A stretch of DNA of 64,000 nt from positions 1,056,001-1,120,000 of the forward strand of contig OZ241883.1 in assembly GCA_965203445.1 (NCBI GenBank). Reading direction: 5' to 3'. The DNA is from Candidatus Oxydemutator sp. GTDB lineage: Bacteria > Pseudomonadota > Gammaproteobacteria > Poriferisulfidales > Oxydemutatoraceae. The notes beneath the pieces are model-generated. The model saw nothing but the letters and a program-made list of their open reading frames with translations. It did no database searches and had not been told where the DNA came from. This document shows, piece after piece, positions 9,425 through 19,989 of this stretch. Made by a program: the position numbers and the translations under genes. Numbering within the stretch: the first letter of the stretch is position 1; each line of letters begins with the position of its first letter.

Positions 9425-10257
9425 CAGTCGTGCTCCGGTGCCGCGACGTTCGCGGCGATCTCGGCGGCGCGCGCGGTCGCGGCCGCCAGCACCGCTTCGG
9501 CGAGTTCGGCGATGCCCGCTCGCTCCATTGCCGCCAAGCCGCGTTCGGTGGTGCCGCCCGGCGACGTCACCTGGCGGCGCAGCGCGGCGACGTCGCCGCC
9601 GGCCGCGTCGGTCAGCGCGGCGGCGCCGCGGAAGGTGCCGACCGCGAGCCGCCGCGCGGCGTGCGCTTCAAGCCCCAACCTCGCGGCGGCGTCCGCGAAT
9701 GCCTCGGTTACGCGAAAGAAATAGGCCGGGCCGCTGCCGGACAGCGCGGTGACCAGGTTCATTTGTGTCTCGTCGTCCAGCCATACCGTGGTCGCGGCCG
9801 TGCCCAACAGCGCCTCGACCTCGTCGCGTTGCGCCTGCGACACGCGCGCGCCGGCGCACAACGCGGCGACGCCGCGCGCGGCCGCGACCGGTGTGTTCGG
9901 CATACAACGGATAATCGCGAGGCGTGCGCCGCTCCACGCGTCGAGCAGCGCCAGCGGCACGCCGGCGGCGACCGAGACCAGCGGCGCGCCGCGCCGCGCC
10001 AGCACGCCGGAGACGTCGCGGCAGACCGCCTGGACGGCGTCGGGTTTGACGCACGCGAAGGCCACGTCGCAATCCTCGACCGCGTCGCGGTTCGAGGTCG
10101 CCGTCGCAAGCCCCGGATGGCGCGCGGCCAATTTCGCCAGCCGCCCGGCGTCGGGGTCGGATACGCGAAACGAACCGGCCTCGAGACCGCCGGCGGTGAG
10201 GCCGTCCACCAGGCAGCGCGCTATATTGCCGGCGCCGAGGAACGCGACCTTCGGCAT
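9424..10257 (-). CDS. proC: Pyrroline-5-carboxylate reductase
   Basis: FLGAGN, RCMPNTP, TALSGSGPAY, VTSPGGTT. ATG at 10257 overlaps the dsbB stop. Confidence 0.95.
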   Translation of the reverse strand: MPKVAFLGAGNIARCLVDGLTAGGLEAGSFRVSDPDAGRLAKLAARHPGLATATSNRDAVEDCDVAFACVKPDAVQAVCRDVSGVLARRGAPLVSVAAGVPLALLDAWSGARLAIIRCMPNTPVAAARGVAALCAGARVSQAQRDEVEALLGTAATTVWLDDETQMNLVTALSGSGPAYFFRVTEAFADAAARLGLEAHAARRLAVGTFRGAAALTDAAGGDVAALRRQVTSPGGTTERGLAAMERAGIAELAEAVLAAATARAAEIAANVAAPEHD

Positions 10258-10760
10258 CACGCGGTCTCGCGCTTTTTCAGCAACACCGAGGCGCATACCA
10301 GCGCCAGCGCGATGAACAACAGCAGCGTCTGCTGTGCGAGGGTCAGGCCGAGAAAAGTCCACGCGACTTCAGCACATTCGCCGGCGCTGTTCAGCACCGT
10401 TTGCAGCGCCTCGAGCAGGGGGAATTGGTCGAACAGGTAATCCAGCCCCGGCGTGCACTCCGGCAGTTCCTCGGGCGGCAGGCTTTGCAGCCAGACGTGG
10501 CGTCCGGCCAGACCGATGCCGGCGGCGCAGACCAGCAGGCCGGCCGCGGCGTAGAGGCGTTGGCCGAGCACGCCCGGGTCGTGCAGCGCCGCGGCCAGGA
10601 ACAAGGCCGCGGCCAGCGCGACGACCCAGCGGGCGAGGATGCAAAGCGGGCACGGTTCGAGACCGAGCGCGCCTTGCAGCAGGAAAACCGCGACGGTCAG
10701 CGCGCCGGCGGCGAGAACGAATCCGCCCGTGTGCAGGCTGCGGCAGGAAGGCAGAAGCAT
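10257..10760 (-). CDS. dsbB: Disulfide bond formation protein DsbB
   Basis: LEPCPLCI..R, RHVWLQ.LP...P.C.PGL.Y, GECAEV.W.FLGL; four TM helices. Confidence 0.92.
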   Translation of the reverse strand: MLLPSCRSLHTGGFVLAAGALTVAVFLLQGALGLEPCPLCILARWVVALAAALFLAAALHDPGVLGQRLYAAAGLLVCAAGIGLAGRHVWLQSLPPEELPECTPGLDYLFDQFPLLEALQTVLNSAGECAEVAWTFLGLTLAQQTLLLFIALALVCASVLLKKRETA

Positions 10761-10997
10761 GGCCGCGCATTATACGCCGCCGCAACCGGCCAAAAAACTT
10801 TGTCGTTGTTGGCACTCCGATTGTCGGCGGGCCACTCTCGGTTCTTTTGCGGCGGCCACGGCCGTCGTCGGCGCAACCGTCGTTGGTGTCGGTGTCGGTC
10901 TCGGCGATGCCGATTGATTGTGGCGGGAGGCTGAAAACGGCGCGGATCGTCGGCACGTTGTGCCTCCAGCGGATGATTAAGTGAGGAAGCGCGGGTC

Positions 10998-11028
10998 AAA
11001 AAAGGTGGCGCCCCGGGCGGGGCGCCTT
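10998..11028 (-). terminator. Intrinsic terminator of nrdAB
   Basis: Minus strand GGCGCCCC-GCCC-GGGGCGCC hairpin followed by ACCTTTTTT, about 60 bp after the nrdB stop. Confidence 0.7.
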
Positions 11029-11086
11029 GCTCAAGGAAGAGCAAAAAGATGGAGGAGGAAAGGAATGGAGGAGAAAATGCGGTGGT

Positions 11087-12331
11087 TCAATCCCAGTTGA
11101 GCGCTCCGCCGGTCTGATATTCGATCACCCGCGTCTCGAAGAAGTTCTTCTCTTTCTTCAGGTCCAAGATCTCCGACATCCACGGAAACGGGTTGGTCGC
11201 GCCCGGGAATTGCTCGGGCAGCTCGATCTGCGACAGCCTGCGGTTGGCGATGAACTCGACGTACTGCTTGAACAGGTTGGCGTTCATGCCGAGCATGCCG
11301 CGCGGCATCGTGTCCTCGGCGTAGAGCTGCTCGTAGCGCACGCCCTCCAGAATCAGCTCGGTTACCTCCCGCTGGAAGTCCTCGTTCCACAGGTGGGGGT
11401 TCTCGGTCTTGATCTGGTTGATTACGTCTATGCCGAAGTTCATGTGCATTGACTCGTCGCGCAGGATGTACTGAAACTGCTCGGCCACGCCGGTCATCTT
11501 GTTGCGCTGCCCCATGGACAGGATCTGCGCGAAGCCGACGTAGAAGAAGATGCCCTCGAACACGACGTAGAAGGCGATCAGGTCGCGCAACAGGCGCCGG
11601 TCGTTGTCGGGAGTGCCGGTGCGGAACTCAGGATCGCCCAGGCTCCGCGTGTAGGGCAGCGCCCATTCGGATTTGCGCGCCACCGACGGCAGCTCGCGGT
11701 ACATGTTGAACACCTCGCCCTCGTCCAGGCCGAGCGACTCGATGCAGTACTGGTAGGCGTGGGTGTGCAGCGCCTCCTCGAACGCCTGGCGCAGCAGGTA
11801 CTGGCGGCATTCGGGGTTGGTGATATGGCGGTAGAGCGCGAGCACCAGGTTGTTTGCGACCAGCGAGTCGGCGGTCGAGAAGAAGCCCAGGTTGCGCTTG
11901 ACCACCATGCGCTCGTCCTCGCTCAGGCCGTCCTCGCTCTTCCACAGCGCGATGTCGGCGGTCATGTTGATTTCCTGCGGCATCCAGTGGTTGTTGCAGG
12001 CGGCCAGGTATTTGTCCCAGGCCCACGTGTATTTGAACGGCACCAGCTGGTTCAGGTCGGCGCGGCAGTTGATGATCCGCTTGTCGTCCACCTGGATGCG
12101 CGAGGCGCCCATTTCTATCGCCTCGAGACCGGTGGCGCCGCCCGCGCCCCGCCGGCCCGCGCCGTTGGTGTCCTTTCCGGTCTTGCGCGGCGCATCCGGC
12201 GCGTCGGCGGCGGGCGCCGTCGGCGGCACCGCGCCCGGGGAGGGCGGAGGGCGCGCCGTGCGCGCGCGCATCGGCGGCGGCGCCAAGTCTGCCAGCGGGT
12301 CTTTCCATTCGGACGGGTTTATCGTCTGCAT
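11087..12331 (-). CDS. nrdB: Ribonucleoside-diphosphate reductase beta subunit (class I)
   Basis: [35 protein letters not shown]; GGAGGAGG RBS before ATG 12331. Confidence 0.95.
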   Translation of the reverse strand: MQTINPSEWKDPLADLAPPPMRARTARPPPSPGAVPPTAPAADAPDAPRKTGKDTNGAGRRGAGGATGLEAIEMGASRIQVDDKRIINCRADLNQLVPFKYTWAWDKYLAACNNHWMPQEINMTADIALWKSEDGLSEDERMVVKRNLGFFSTADSLVANNLVLALYRHITNPECRQYLLRQAFEEALHTHAYQYCIESLGLDEGEVFNMYRELPSVARKSEWALPYTRSLGDPEFRTGTPDNDRRLLRDLIAFYVVFEGIFFYVGFAQILSMGQRNKMTGVAEQFQYILRDESMHMNFGIDVINQIKTENPHLWNEDFQREVTELILEGVRYEQLYAEDTMPRGMLGMNANLFKQYVEFIANRRLSQIELPEQFPGATNPFPWMSEILDLKKEKNFFETRVIEYQTGGALNWD

Positions 12332-12356
12332 GTTCGCCTCCTCCTTTTGGGTATCG

Positions 12357-15266
12357 TCATTGGCAGGCCTCACATTCGGCGTCGTCCAGCAGGCACGCGC
12401 GCGACGCGTCGCCCGTGGCGGACGCCTCGGCCGCGGGCGCGGTCGGCACCGCGTTGAGGTTGCCGTCGGTTTTCTCCATCGTGCTTTTCTCGACGTGCGT
12501 GGCACCCAGCGAGCGCAGGTAGTACGTCGTTTTCAGGCCCCTGAGCCACGCCAGCTTGTACAGGCTGTCCATCTTCCTGCCGTCCGGCTCGGCCATGTAC
12601 AGGTTCAGCGACTGCGCCTGGTCTATCCATTTCTGGCGCCTGGCCGCGGCCTCGACCAGCCAGCGCGGGTCAATCTCGAACGCGGTCGCATAGAGCGACT
12701 TGATCTCGTCGGGCACGCGGTCGAGCCGCTGGATGCCGCCGTCGTAGTACTTCAGGTCGTTGACCGTGACCTCGTCCCATAGCTCGAGCTTTTTGAGGTC
12801 GTCCACCAGGTACGAGTTGATGACCGTGAACTCGCCCGACAGGTTGGATTTGACGAACAGGTTGCGGTAGGTCGGCTCTATGCTCTGGGTCACGTTGCAG
12901 ACGTTCGAGATGGTCGCGGTCGGCGCGATCGCCATCGTGTTCGAGTTGCGCATGCCGACCGTCTTGACGCGCTTGCGCAGCGCGTTCCAGTCGAGCGTCG
13001 AGGAGTCGTCCACCTGCAACAGGCCGTCGCGCGCCTTGGCGAGCAGGCGCAGCGAATCAATCGGCAGCACGCCCTGGCTCCACAGCGAGCCCGGGTAGCT
13101 CTGATAAACGCCGCGCTCCTCGGCCAAGTCGGTCGAGGCCTTGATCGCGCAGTAGCTGACCGCCTCCATCGAGCGGTCGGCGAACTCCACCGCCCGTTCG
13201 TCGGCGTACGGCAGGCGCAGCTTGTAGAGCGCGTCCTGAAAGCCCATCAGCCCGAGTCCGACCGGCCGGTGGCGCAGGTTGGAGTCGCGCGCCTTGCGCA
13301 CGCTGTAGTAGTTGTAGTCGATTACGTTGTCGAGCATGCGCATCGCGGTGCCGACGGTTTTCTCGAGCCGCTCCATCAGCAGGCCGTTCTCGTCCACGTG
13401 CAGCGCGAGGTTGACCGATCCTAAGTTGCACACCGCGATCTCGTCGTCCGACGTGTTCAGCGTGATCTCGGTGCACAGGTTGGACGAGTGGACGACGCCG
13501 GCGTGGCGTTGCGGCGAGCGCAGGTTGCACGAGTCCTTGAAGGCCAGCCACGGGTGGCCGGTCTCGTAGAGCATGTTCAGCATCTTGCGCCACAGGTCGG
13601 CGGCGCGCACGCGCTTGAAGTTGGCAATCCTGCCGGCGTCGGCGTCGGCCTCGTACTCGGCGTAGCGCTTCTCGAATTCCTCGCCGCAGAGCTCGTGCAG
13701 ATCGGCCGTCTCGCTCGGCGAGAACAGCGTCCACGTGCCGTCTTCCTTGAGGCGCTTCATGAACAGATCCGGGATCCAATTCGCGGTGTTCATGTCGTGC
13801 GTGCGGCGGCGGTCGTCGCCGGTGTTTTTGCGCAGCTCGAGGAACTCCTCGACGTCCAGGTGCCAGGTTTCGAGGTAAGCGCACACCGCGCCCTTGCGCT
13901 TGCCGCCCTGGTTGACCGCGACCGCGGTGTCGTTGGCCACTTTCAGGAACGGGACGATGCCCTGCGACTTGCCGTTGGTGCTTTTGATGCGCGAACCCAT
14001 CGCGCGCACGCGCGTCCAGTCGTTGCCGAGACCGCCCGCGAACTTCGACAGCATCGCGTTGTCCCGCACGGCCTCGAAGATGCCGTGCAGGTCGTCGGCC
14101 ACCGTGGTCAGGTAGCACGACGACAGTTGCGGGCGCAGCGTGCCGGAGTTGAACAGCGTCGGCGTCGAACTCATAAAGGCGAACGACGACAGCAGATCGT
14201 AGAACTCGACGGCGCGCCGCTCGCGCTCCACCTCGTTCATCGCCAGTCCCATGGCCACGCGCAGGAAGAACGCTTGTGGCAGCTCGAAGCGCACCTCGTC
14301 CCAGTGGATGAAGTAGCGGTCGTAGAGCGTTTGCAGCCCGAGGTAGTTGAAGGCGTGGTCGCGCTCGGGCTTGATGGCCGAGGCCAGGCGGTCGAGGTCG
14401 AATTCGTCGCGCAGCCTCGGGTCGAGCAGCTCCAGCTCGCAGCCGCGCTCGACGTAGCGCTTGAAGTAGTCGGGGTAGCGCGCCGTCATCTCGCCGTGCG
14501 TCGCCTCGTCGGGGCGCCCGGCCAGGAAGCTCAGCGCCTCGCGGCGCAGTTTGTCCAGCAGCAGGCGCGCCGAGACCAGACTGTAGTTCGGCTCCCTCTC
14601 GACCATCGCGCGCGCGCTCATGATCAACGCGACGCTGACGTCCGCGGCCCTCATGCCGCTGAACAGGTTGCGCAGCGTCTCCTCGACGATCGGCTGCGTC
14701 TCGACGCACGCGGTGTCACGGCATGCCTCCTCGACGATAGTGCGCAGGCGCGCGAGGTCGAGCGGCTTCATCGTTCCGTCCTCGTGCTCGACCGCGATCT
14801 CGCCGTCGGTGCCGGCGTCGTCGTCGCGTCGCCGTTGGTCGTCGTCGAGGCGTTCCCGGGCGCGCTGCTCGCGGTAGAGGACGTAGGAGCGCGCGACTTT
14901 GTGGTGGCCGTCGCGCATCAACGCCAGTTCGACCTGATCCTGTATATCCTCTATATGAAAGGATTCTCCGCCGCTGCGATTGCGCGCCAGCGCGGCCACG
15001 ACCTGAGCGGTCAGGCCGTGGACGATCTCGTGGACGCGCGGGGACGCCGCCGCGCTTCTGCCCTCGACGGCCAGAAACGCCTTGGTCAGCGCGAGCGTGA
15101 TCTTCGACGGATCGAACGCGGTGACCTTGCCGTTGCGGCGTATCACCTTATACTGCGTCGCCGCCGTCGTTGTCGTCGCGGTCGTGGAGGGGGCTTCGGT
15201 CGTGGCGACGGCGGCCGGATTTTCGGCGTTCGTGGTCGCAGCCGGCGCGGTCGGTTGTGTTTGCAT
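12357..15266 (-). CDS. nrdA: Ribonucleoside-diphosphate reductase alpha subunit with ATP cones
   Basis: VIRRNG...FD..KI ATP cone, [28 protein letters not shown]-terminal CEACQ. Confidence 0.97.
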   Translation of the reverse strand: MQTQPTAPAATTNAENPAAVATTEAPSTTATTTTAATQYKVIRRNGKVTAFDPSKITLALTKAFLAVEGRSAAASPRVHEIVHGLTAQVVAALARNRSGGESFHIEDIQDQVELALMRDGHHKVARSYVLYREQRARERLDDDQRRRDDDAGTDGEIAVEHEDGTMKPLDLARLRTIVEEACRDTACVETQPIVEETLRNLFSGMRAADVSVALIMSARAMVEREPNYSLVSARLLLDKLRREALSFLAGRPDEATHGEMTARYPDYFKRYVERGCELELLDPRLRDEFDLDRLASAIKPERDHAFNYLGLQTLYDRYFIHWDEVRFELPQAFFLRVAMGLAMNEVERERRAVEFYDLLSSFAFMSSTPTLFNSGTLRPQLSSCYLTTVADDLHGIFEAVRDNAMLSKFAGGLGNDWTRVRAMGSRIKSTNGKSQGIVPFLKVANDTAVAVNQGGKRKGAVCAYLETWHLDVEEFLELRKNTGDDRRRTHDMNTANWIPDLFMKRLKEDGTWTLFSPSETADLHELCGEEFEKRYAEYEADADAGRIANFKRVRAADLWRKMLNMLYETGHPWLAFKDSCNLRSPQRHAGVVHSSNLCTEITLNTSDDEIAVCNLGSVNLALHVDENGLLMERLEKTVGTAMRMLDNVIDYNYYSVRKARDSNLRHRPVGLGLMGFQDALYKLRLPYADERAVEFADRSMEAVSYCAIKASTDLAEERGVYQSYPGSLWSQGVLPIDSLRLLAKARDGLLQVDDSSTLDWNALRKRVKTVGMRNSNTMAIAPTATISNVCNVTQSIEPTYRNLFVKSNLSGEFTVINSYLVDDLKKLELWDEVTVNDLKYYDGGIQRLDRVPDEIKSLYATAFEIDPRWLVEAAARRQKWIDQAQSLNLYMAEPDGRKMDSLYKLAWLRGLKTTYYLRSLGATHVEKSTMEKTDGNLNAVPTAPAAEASATGDASRACLLDDAECEACQ

Positions 15267-15310
15267 AAGGAAAAATGCCCCGTCTGGTTGATGAAAGTAA
15301 GGGTTGAAAA

Positions 15311-15358
15311 GCACAACATATGGTAAATAAACCGTCCCGTCAATACAATATGTTGAGT
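15311..15358. promoter_or_regulatory. Tandem NrdR boxes upstream of nrdA
   Basis: GCACAACATATGGTAA (15311-15326) and ATACAATATGTTGAGT (15343-15358) match acaCwAtATaTwGtgt, starts 32 bp apart, in the AT-rich nrdA promoter. Confidence 0.8.
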
Positions 15359-15392
15359 TTTTCTTGTTATTTCCGGTCGCAAAGCTTGTCTA

Positions 15393-17393
15393 ATGCCTGT
15401 GGATAACCGCGAGAGACCCCATCGCCATAAGGCACATATCGGCGCCGACACCGGGGGTACGTTCACCGACCTCGTCCTGTTCGACGGCAAGCGCCTGCGC
15501 ACGCACAAGATTCTGTCGACGCCGGACGGCCCGGAGCGGGCGATAGTCGCCGGGGTGCGCGCCGTCGGTGCCGACGTCGGTGGCGCGCTCGAGCTGACGC
15601 AAGGTTCGACCGTCGGCACCAACGCGGTGCTCGAAGGCAAGGGCGCCAGGACCGCCTACGTCACGAACCGCGGCTTCGCCGATACGCTGGCGATAGCGCG
15701 CCAGGCGCGCACTGGACTGTATAACTTGAAACCGGCGCCGCGACCGAACCCGGTGCCGCCGCAACTGTGCCTGGAGACCGGCGGGCGCGTGGCCGCGGAC
15801 GGTGCGGTGTTGGAGGACTTGAGCGTCGCCGACGTCGCGGCGCTGGGGCGGCGCCTGAAGGCATTGGCGCCGGACGCGGTCGCCGTCAACCTGCTGTTTT
15901 CGTTCCTCGACGCGCGTTTCGAGGAGCAACTGGCGGCGGCGTTCGGGTGCGACTACTTTGTGTCGTTGTCGTCGCGCGTCTGCCCGATGCCCGGCGAATA
16001 CGAACGCGGCGTCGCCACTTGGTTGAACGCCTATATCGGGCCACTGATGCGCGCGTGGCTCCTGAAGTTATGCTCGGCCCTGCCGCGCGCGACGATCCGC
16101 GTGATGCAAAGCCACGGCAAGACCGCCGCGGCCACGCGGGCCGCCGACCAGGCGGTGCATCTGTTGCTGTCCGGCCCGGCCGGCGGCGTCATCGCGGTGG
16201 ACTATCTGGCGCGCCTGATCGGCGAGCGCAAGGTGCTCAGCTTCGACATGGGCGGCACCTCGACCGACGTGTCGGTGTTGAACGGCGGCGTCGCGCTGAC
16301 GACCGAAGGGAGCGTCGGCCCTTACCCGGTGGCGGTACCGATGGCGGACGTGCATACCATAGGCGCCGGCGGCGGTTCCATCGTGCGTGTGGACGAAGGC
16401 GGGCTGCTGCAAGTCGGCCCCGAATCCGCCGGCGCCTCGCCCGGCCCCGCCTGCTATGGTTTGGGCGGGCTGCGTCCGACGGTCACCGATGCCAACCTGC
16501 TGCTCGGGCGCCTGCCGGTCTCGCTGCGCGGCCTCGAGTTGAGCCGCGCCGCGGCCGCGCGCGCCTTTCACCCGCTGGCGGCCGCGTTGGGAAAGGATGA
16601 GACGGAGACCGCGCACGGCGTCGTTGCGACCGTCAACGAACAGATGATACGCGCGCTGCGCGCGATGTCGGCGGAGAGGACCTACGACCCTTCGGAGTTC
16701 CTGCTGGTCGGTTTCGGCGCCGCCGGCGGCTTGCACGTCTGCGCGCTGGCCGACGGTATCGGCATCAGGCGGGCGCTGGTGCCGGCGCACGCGGGCGTGC
16801 TGTCGGCGCTCGGCATGTTGGTCGCGTCGCGCGGCCTGGAGAAGACTGCCGCCGTCTGCGAGTTGCTGCGTGAGTTGTCGGCCGGGCGCGCGACGGCGGT
16901 GCGTCGCAGGTTGGAGACCGCCGCCGCCGCCGATCTGCGCGCGCAGGGAATCAACGACTATGAAACGCGCCTGTTTGCCGATCTGCGCTATCGCGGACAA
17001 TGGTCGTGCCTGACGCTGCCGTGGCAGTCTCTGGTGCGCCTCGAGGAGGCTTTTCACGAGGCGCACGAGGCGCGTTACGGCCATCGTTTGAAAATTCCGG
17101 TCGAGCTGGCGGCGTTGAAACTCCAGGCGTACGCGGCCGCTGCGGTGGACGTGGCCGCGGCGCTGCGGCGCGCGGCGGCCGACGTCAATCGGGCACGCAC
17201 TTTGCAACGGAAGACAGCCTTTGCGGTTGGTGCCGAGTTGCCCGTCTATCAACGCCGCAACCTGTCGTTGACCGGGGTCGTGTCGGGCCCCGCGGTCATC
17301 GTCGAGGACACCGGGACGGTGTACCTGGCGCCCGGTTGGAACGCGCGCCTTGATGATTACGGCAATCTGACGTTGGCCGGATCGTCGGACTAA
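15393..17393 (+). CDS. Hydantoinase/5-oxoprolinase A-type subunit
   Basis: GADTGGTFTD, GSTVGTNA.LE.KG, LLSGPAGG, FDMGGTSTD, TIGAGGGS, SAGA.PGPACY. Confidence 0.9.
   Translation: MPVDNRERPHRHKAHIGADTGGTFTDLVLFDGKRLRTHKILSTPDGPERAIVAGVRAVGADVGGALELTQGSTVGTNAVLEGKGARTAYVTNRGFADTLAIARQARTGLYNLKPAPRPNPVPPQLCLETGGRVAADGAVLEDLSVADVAALGRRLKALAPDAVAVNLLFSFLDARFEEQLAAAFGCDYFVSLSSRVCPMPGEYERGVATWLNAYIGPLMRAWLLKLCSALPRATIRVMQSHGKTAAATRAADQAVHLLLSGPAGGVIAVDYLARLIGERKVLSFDMGGTSTDVSVLNGGVALTTEGSVGPYPVAVPMADVHTIGAGGGSIVRVDEGGLLQVGPESAGASPGPACYGLGGLRPTVTDANLLLGRLPVSLRGLELSRAAAARAFHPLAAALGKDETETAHGVVATVNEQMIRALRAMSAERTYDPSEFLLVGFGAAGGLHVCALADGIGIRRALVPAHAGVLSALGMLVASRGLEKTAAVCELLRELSAGRATAVRRRLETAAAADLRAQGINDYETRLFADLRYRGQWSCLTLPWQSLVRLEEAFHEAHEARYGHRLKIPVELAALKLQAYAAAAVDVAAALRRAAADVNRARTLQRKTAFAVGAELPVYQRRNLSLTGVVSGPAVIVEDTGTVYLAPGWNARLDDYGNLTLAGSSD
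15398..15406 (-). promoter_or_regulatory. Consensus DnaA box (TTATCCACA)
   Basis: TGTGGATAA on +, 40 bp beyond the NrdR boxes. DnaA control of nrdAB is established in E. coli. Confidence 0.5.
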
Positions 17394-17449
17394 GCCGGAT
17401 GGCGCGCGAATATGGACAACGGCGGATGATACTGGTTTAATCGGCGACT

Positions 17450-18436
17450 ATGGAATCTCGCGTGGAAACGATCACCCGACGTTATCCGATCACACTGGTG
17501 ACGGCGTACTTTAATCTGGGAGACAGGTCCGGGTTGGGAAGAGACCATCATTTTTATGATGACCGGATGCGTTACTTTTTCCCGCATATACAATGGCCTC
17601 TGGTGATTTTCTGTGATAAGGAATCTTTGGATGGAATCAAGCAGTTAAGGGGGGGGAAGCCGGCGACCTATATCGTCACCACGCTCGAAGAGTTCCACGT
17701 CTATAAGTACTATGGGCGCTTCTATTACGAGGGCATCTGTGGGCAATGGGCTTTTGGATACCAGGATTTACTTATGGTCTGGAATGAAAAGCTCAATTTC
17801 GTTCGACGCGCGATAAAGTTGAATCCCTATGAATCGGATATGTTTTTCTGGTGTGACGCGGGCTGCTTCAGGGGAGCAGGGGTAGGCGGGGCTGGCATTA
17901 TGAGACTGTCTGATCGAACGGAGTGGCCTAATTTTCAAGTCTGTCGAAAGCTGCCCCAGGACAAGGCCATTTTTATGCGAGCAAGTCAAGTCGGCGAAAA
18001 AATTTACGTTCGCGCGACTTTTTTCGGTGGTGCAGCCAAACCCATGCTGCGGTGGTGTGATGCTTTTTATCAGCACCTTGCTGATCGGGTTGATAAGAAC
18101 CTGCTGTTATTCGCTGATGAGCGTAGCATGTCTGACGTTTGCGACGAGCGGCCGGACGTTGTACACCTGCTGTCTCCGGACGATGTTGCATGGGTAACAA
18201 AGGTGGTAGGAAATGATTGGCAGGGAGATTGGCAGGGCTTTTTCAAGTGGTATTTTTTGAACGGCGGTAAGTTTCCGTTGGGCTTTTTGTGCATAAGAAT
18301 TTCTTATTACCTGAGGAACCGACAATTGATGAAGTGGCTGCTGTCAGAACTTCTTTATCAATCGAGGCGCTGGTTAAGAAGTTCACCGGATCGGTCACCG
18401 CAAAATCTTCGCATGAGACCGCCGCGATGGAAGTGA
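17450..18436 (+). CDS. HtrL/YibB (WlaTC)-like putative glycosyltransferase, lower GC
   Basis: ITLVTAYFNLG, WNEKLNFV.RAI..NPY.SD.FFWCDAGCFR; visibly more AT-rich than flanking genes. Confidence 0.6.
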   Translation: MESRVETITRRYPITLVTAYFNLGDRSGLGRDHHFYDDRMRYFFPHIQWPLVIFCDKESLDGIKQLRGGKPATYIVTTLEEFHVYKYYGRFYYEGICGQWAFGYQDLLMVWNEKLNFVRRAIKLNPYESDMFFWCDAGCFRGAGVGGAGIMRLSDRTEWPNFQVCRKLPQDKAIFMRASQVGEKIYVRATFFGGAAKPMLRWCDAFYQHLADRVDKNLLLFADERSMSDVCDERPDVVHLLSPDDVAWVTKVVGNDWQGDWQGFFKWYFLNGGKFPLGFLCIRISYYLRNRQLMKWLLSELLYQSRRWLRSSPDRSPQNLRMRPPRWK

Positions 18437-18439
18437 CGT

Positions 18440-18649
18440 TCGGCGATGGACTCGACCGCGCGCAGTGCTCGTGTGTCCGGCGATGATTTCCGCGATGTGC
18501 AAGGGCCTGCGCGCGGGGCTGGAGGGAGTAGAAGGCGTCGAATGCGGCGCGCGTCGGCCAAGTCCCCTTTCGACATGTGCGCGGCGGACGTCGGGAACCG
18601 CTTCGTCGCGCGCGGATTTCGCGTGCCTGATCAAGAGCAGTGTTTTCAC
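18440..18649 (-). pseudogene. Degenerate SixA-like histidine phosphatase
   Basis: VKTLLLIRHAKS (RHAK active-site motif) and SSPARR...AEIIA are retained. The middle is scrambled and the 3' part is missing where it meets the HtrL-like gene. Confidence 0.6.
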
Positions 18650-18718
18650 GAGGGCGGGGCGGGCGCGGACGAGAACGGGGACGCGCCTCATGCGCCCGGG
18701 ACGGTGCTCTCGCTCGAA

Positions 18719-19918
18719 TCAGCGTTTGGCCGTGTGTTTCGGAACCCGTTCGCGCGCCTCTTTGATGAGAACCCTCTGATTGTTGCCCAACCCCTCGACG
18801 TCGCGCAGCACGATGCGCTCGCCCGCTTTGAGGCCGTGCTCGATGATGATTTCATCGCCGTTGCGTCCGCCTACGGTGACGCGGCGACGCAACACGATTT
18901 CGTCTTCCTCGACGAACACGAACGGTTGGCCGTTGATGTATTGGATCGAGGTTACCGGCACGACGACGGCGCCCGTGCGCGAGTGCCCCGGCAGACGCGC
19001 CTGCGCGGCCGCGCCGGCTTGCAGGCCGTCCCCTTGCAACCTGATCTTCGCGGCATGGGTGTAGGTTTCGCGGTTGGGATCGGTTTGCAGCGACATCAGC
19101 GTGCCGATGTGCGTCCGCCCGCCGACCGTCACCTCGACCGCAAGCCCCAGTTCGAGCGCCGCGGCCCGTTCGTTGCTGACGTTCAGAAACAGGTCGAGTT
19201 CGTCTGCCACCACCAATTCGGCGACCGACTTGTCCTTGCCGACGTAGTCGCCGACGTCGGCCTCGATTTTGTTGACGGTGCCGGCGAAGGGAGCGTGCAG
19301 CGTGGTGCGGTCGAGGTTGCGCCGCGCCTGGTCGTGCAGGCTGCGGTTGAGCCTGGCGTTGAGCTTGCCTTCCTCGACCGCGTGCGTGAGCCGCACCCGT
19401 TCGGAGCGCAAGTCCACCAGTTTTTGGCGTTCGGCGTCGAGCAGCGAGGACGAGGCCAGCTGCTGTTCGCCTAGCCTCTCGATGCGCGCGACTTCGCGCT
19501 TGCGCAGTTCGACGTTTTGCGCGGCGAGTTCGAGCAGGCGCGCGTCTCTTTCGAGTTTCTTCTCGATCAGTTCGAGGCGGGTTTGCGCCTGCACCAGGGC
19601 GTCGCGGTAATCGCCGTCGTCGAGTTGCAGCAGCGCCTGCCCCTGGCGCACGCGCGTGCCGGCCTCGACGTTTTTGGCGACGACGCGCCCCGCCACCTCG
19701 AACCGCAATTCGCCGACGCGCGCCGGTTGCAGGCGTCCGGTCAGCAGATGGCTCGGCGTGATTTCACGCGCGACGATCCGGCCGACCTCGACCAGCCGCG
19801 GTGCGTCCACGACGCTTTGCTGCGCTCCTTGTGGACGCAGCCACGTCAGCAGACTGGCGACGACTGCGATGGTTACGGCGACAATCGCGCCTGAGGCGAG
19901 CTTTTGTGACATGCGCAT
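18719..19918 (-). CDS. RND-type efflux periplasmic adaptor (membrane fusion protein)
   Basis: N-terminal TM, LRFEVAGRV....V..G..V..GQ.L lipoyl half, coiled coil, LHAPFAGTV, GL..GERIV. Confidence 0.85.
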   Translation of the reverse strand: MRMSQKLASGAIVAVTIAVVASLLTWLRPQGAQQSVVDAPRLVEVGRIVAREITPSHLLTGRLQPARVGELRFEVAGRVVAKNVEAGTRVRQGQALLQLDDGDYRDALVQAQTRLELIEKKLERDARLLELAAQNVELRKREVARIERLGEQQLASSSLLDAERQKLVDLRSERVRLTHAVEEGKLNARLNRSLHDQARRNLDRTTLHAPFAGTVNKIEADVGDYVGKDKSVAELVVADELDLFLNVSNERAAALELGLAVEVTVGGRTHIGTLMSLQTDPNRETYTHAAKIRLQGDGLQAGAAAQARLPGHSRTGAVVVPVTSIQYINGQPFVFVEEDEIVLRRRVTVGGRNGDEIIIEHGLKAGERIVLRDVEGLGNNQRVLIKEARERVPKHTAKR

Positions 19919-19989
19919 GTCCCCTGAAAGGGATTATATACGCGAGGGATGGAGGATGAACGGGGACTTCAGGACGACGCACCGCAACT

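Noticed and set aside
10775-10995. 220-bp intergenic stretch with GTCGGT-type short repeats, possible sRNA
   Set aside because: No recognisable RNA family, terminator or convincing structure.
4414-15326. Long alternative-frame ORFs overlapping metX, tsaD and nrdAB (also 34036-36528 over nqrD-F)
   Set aside because: Typical high-GC shadow ORFs overlapping clearly identified genes.
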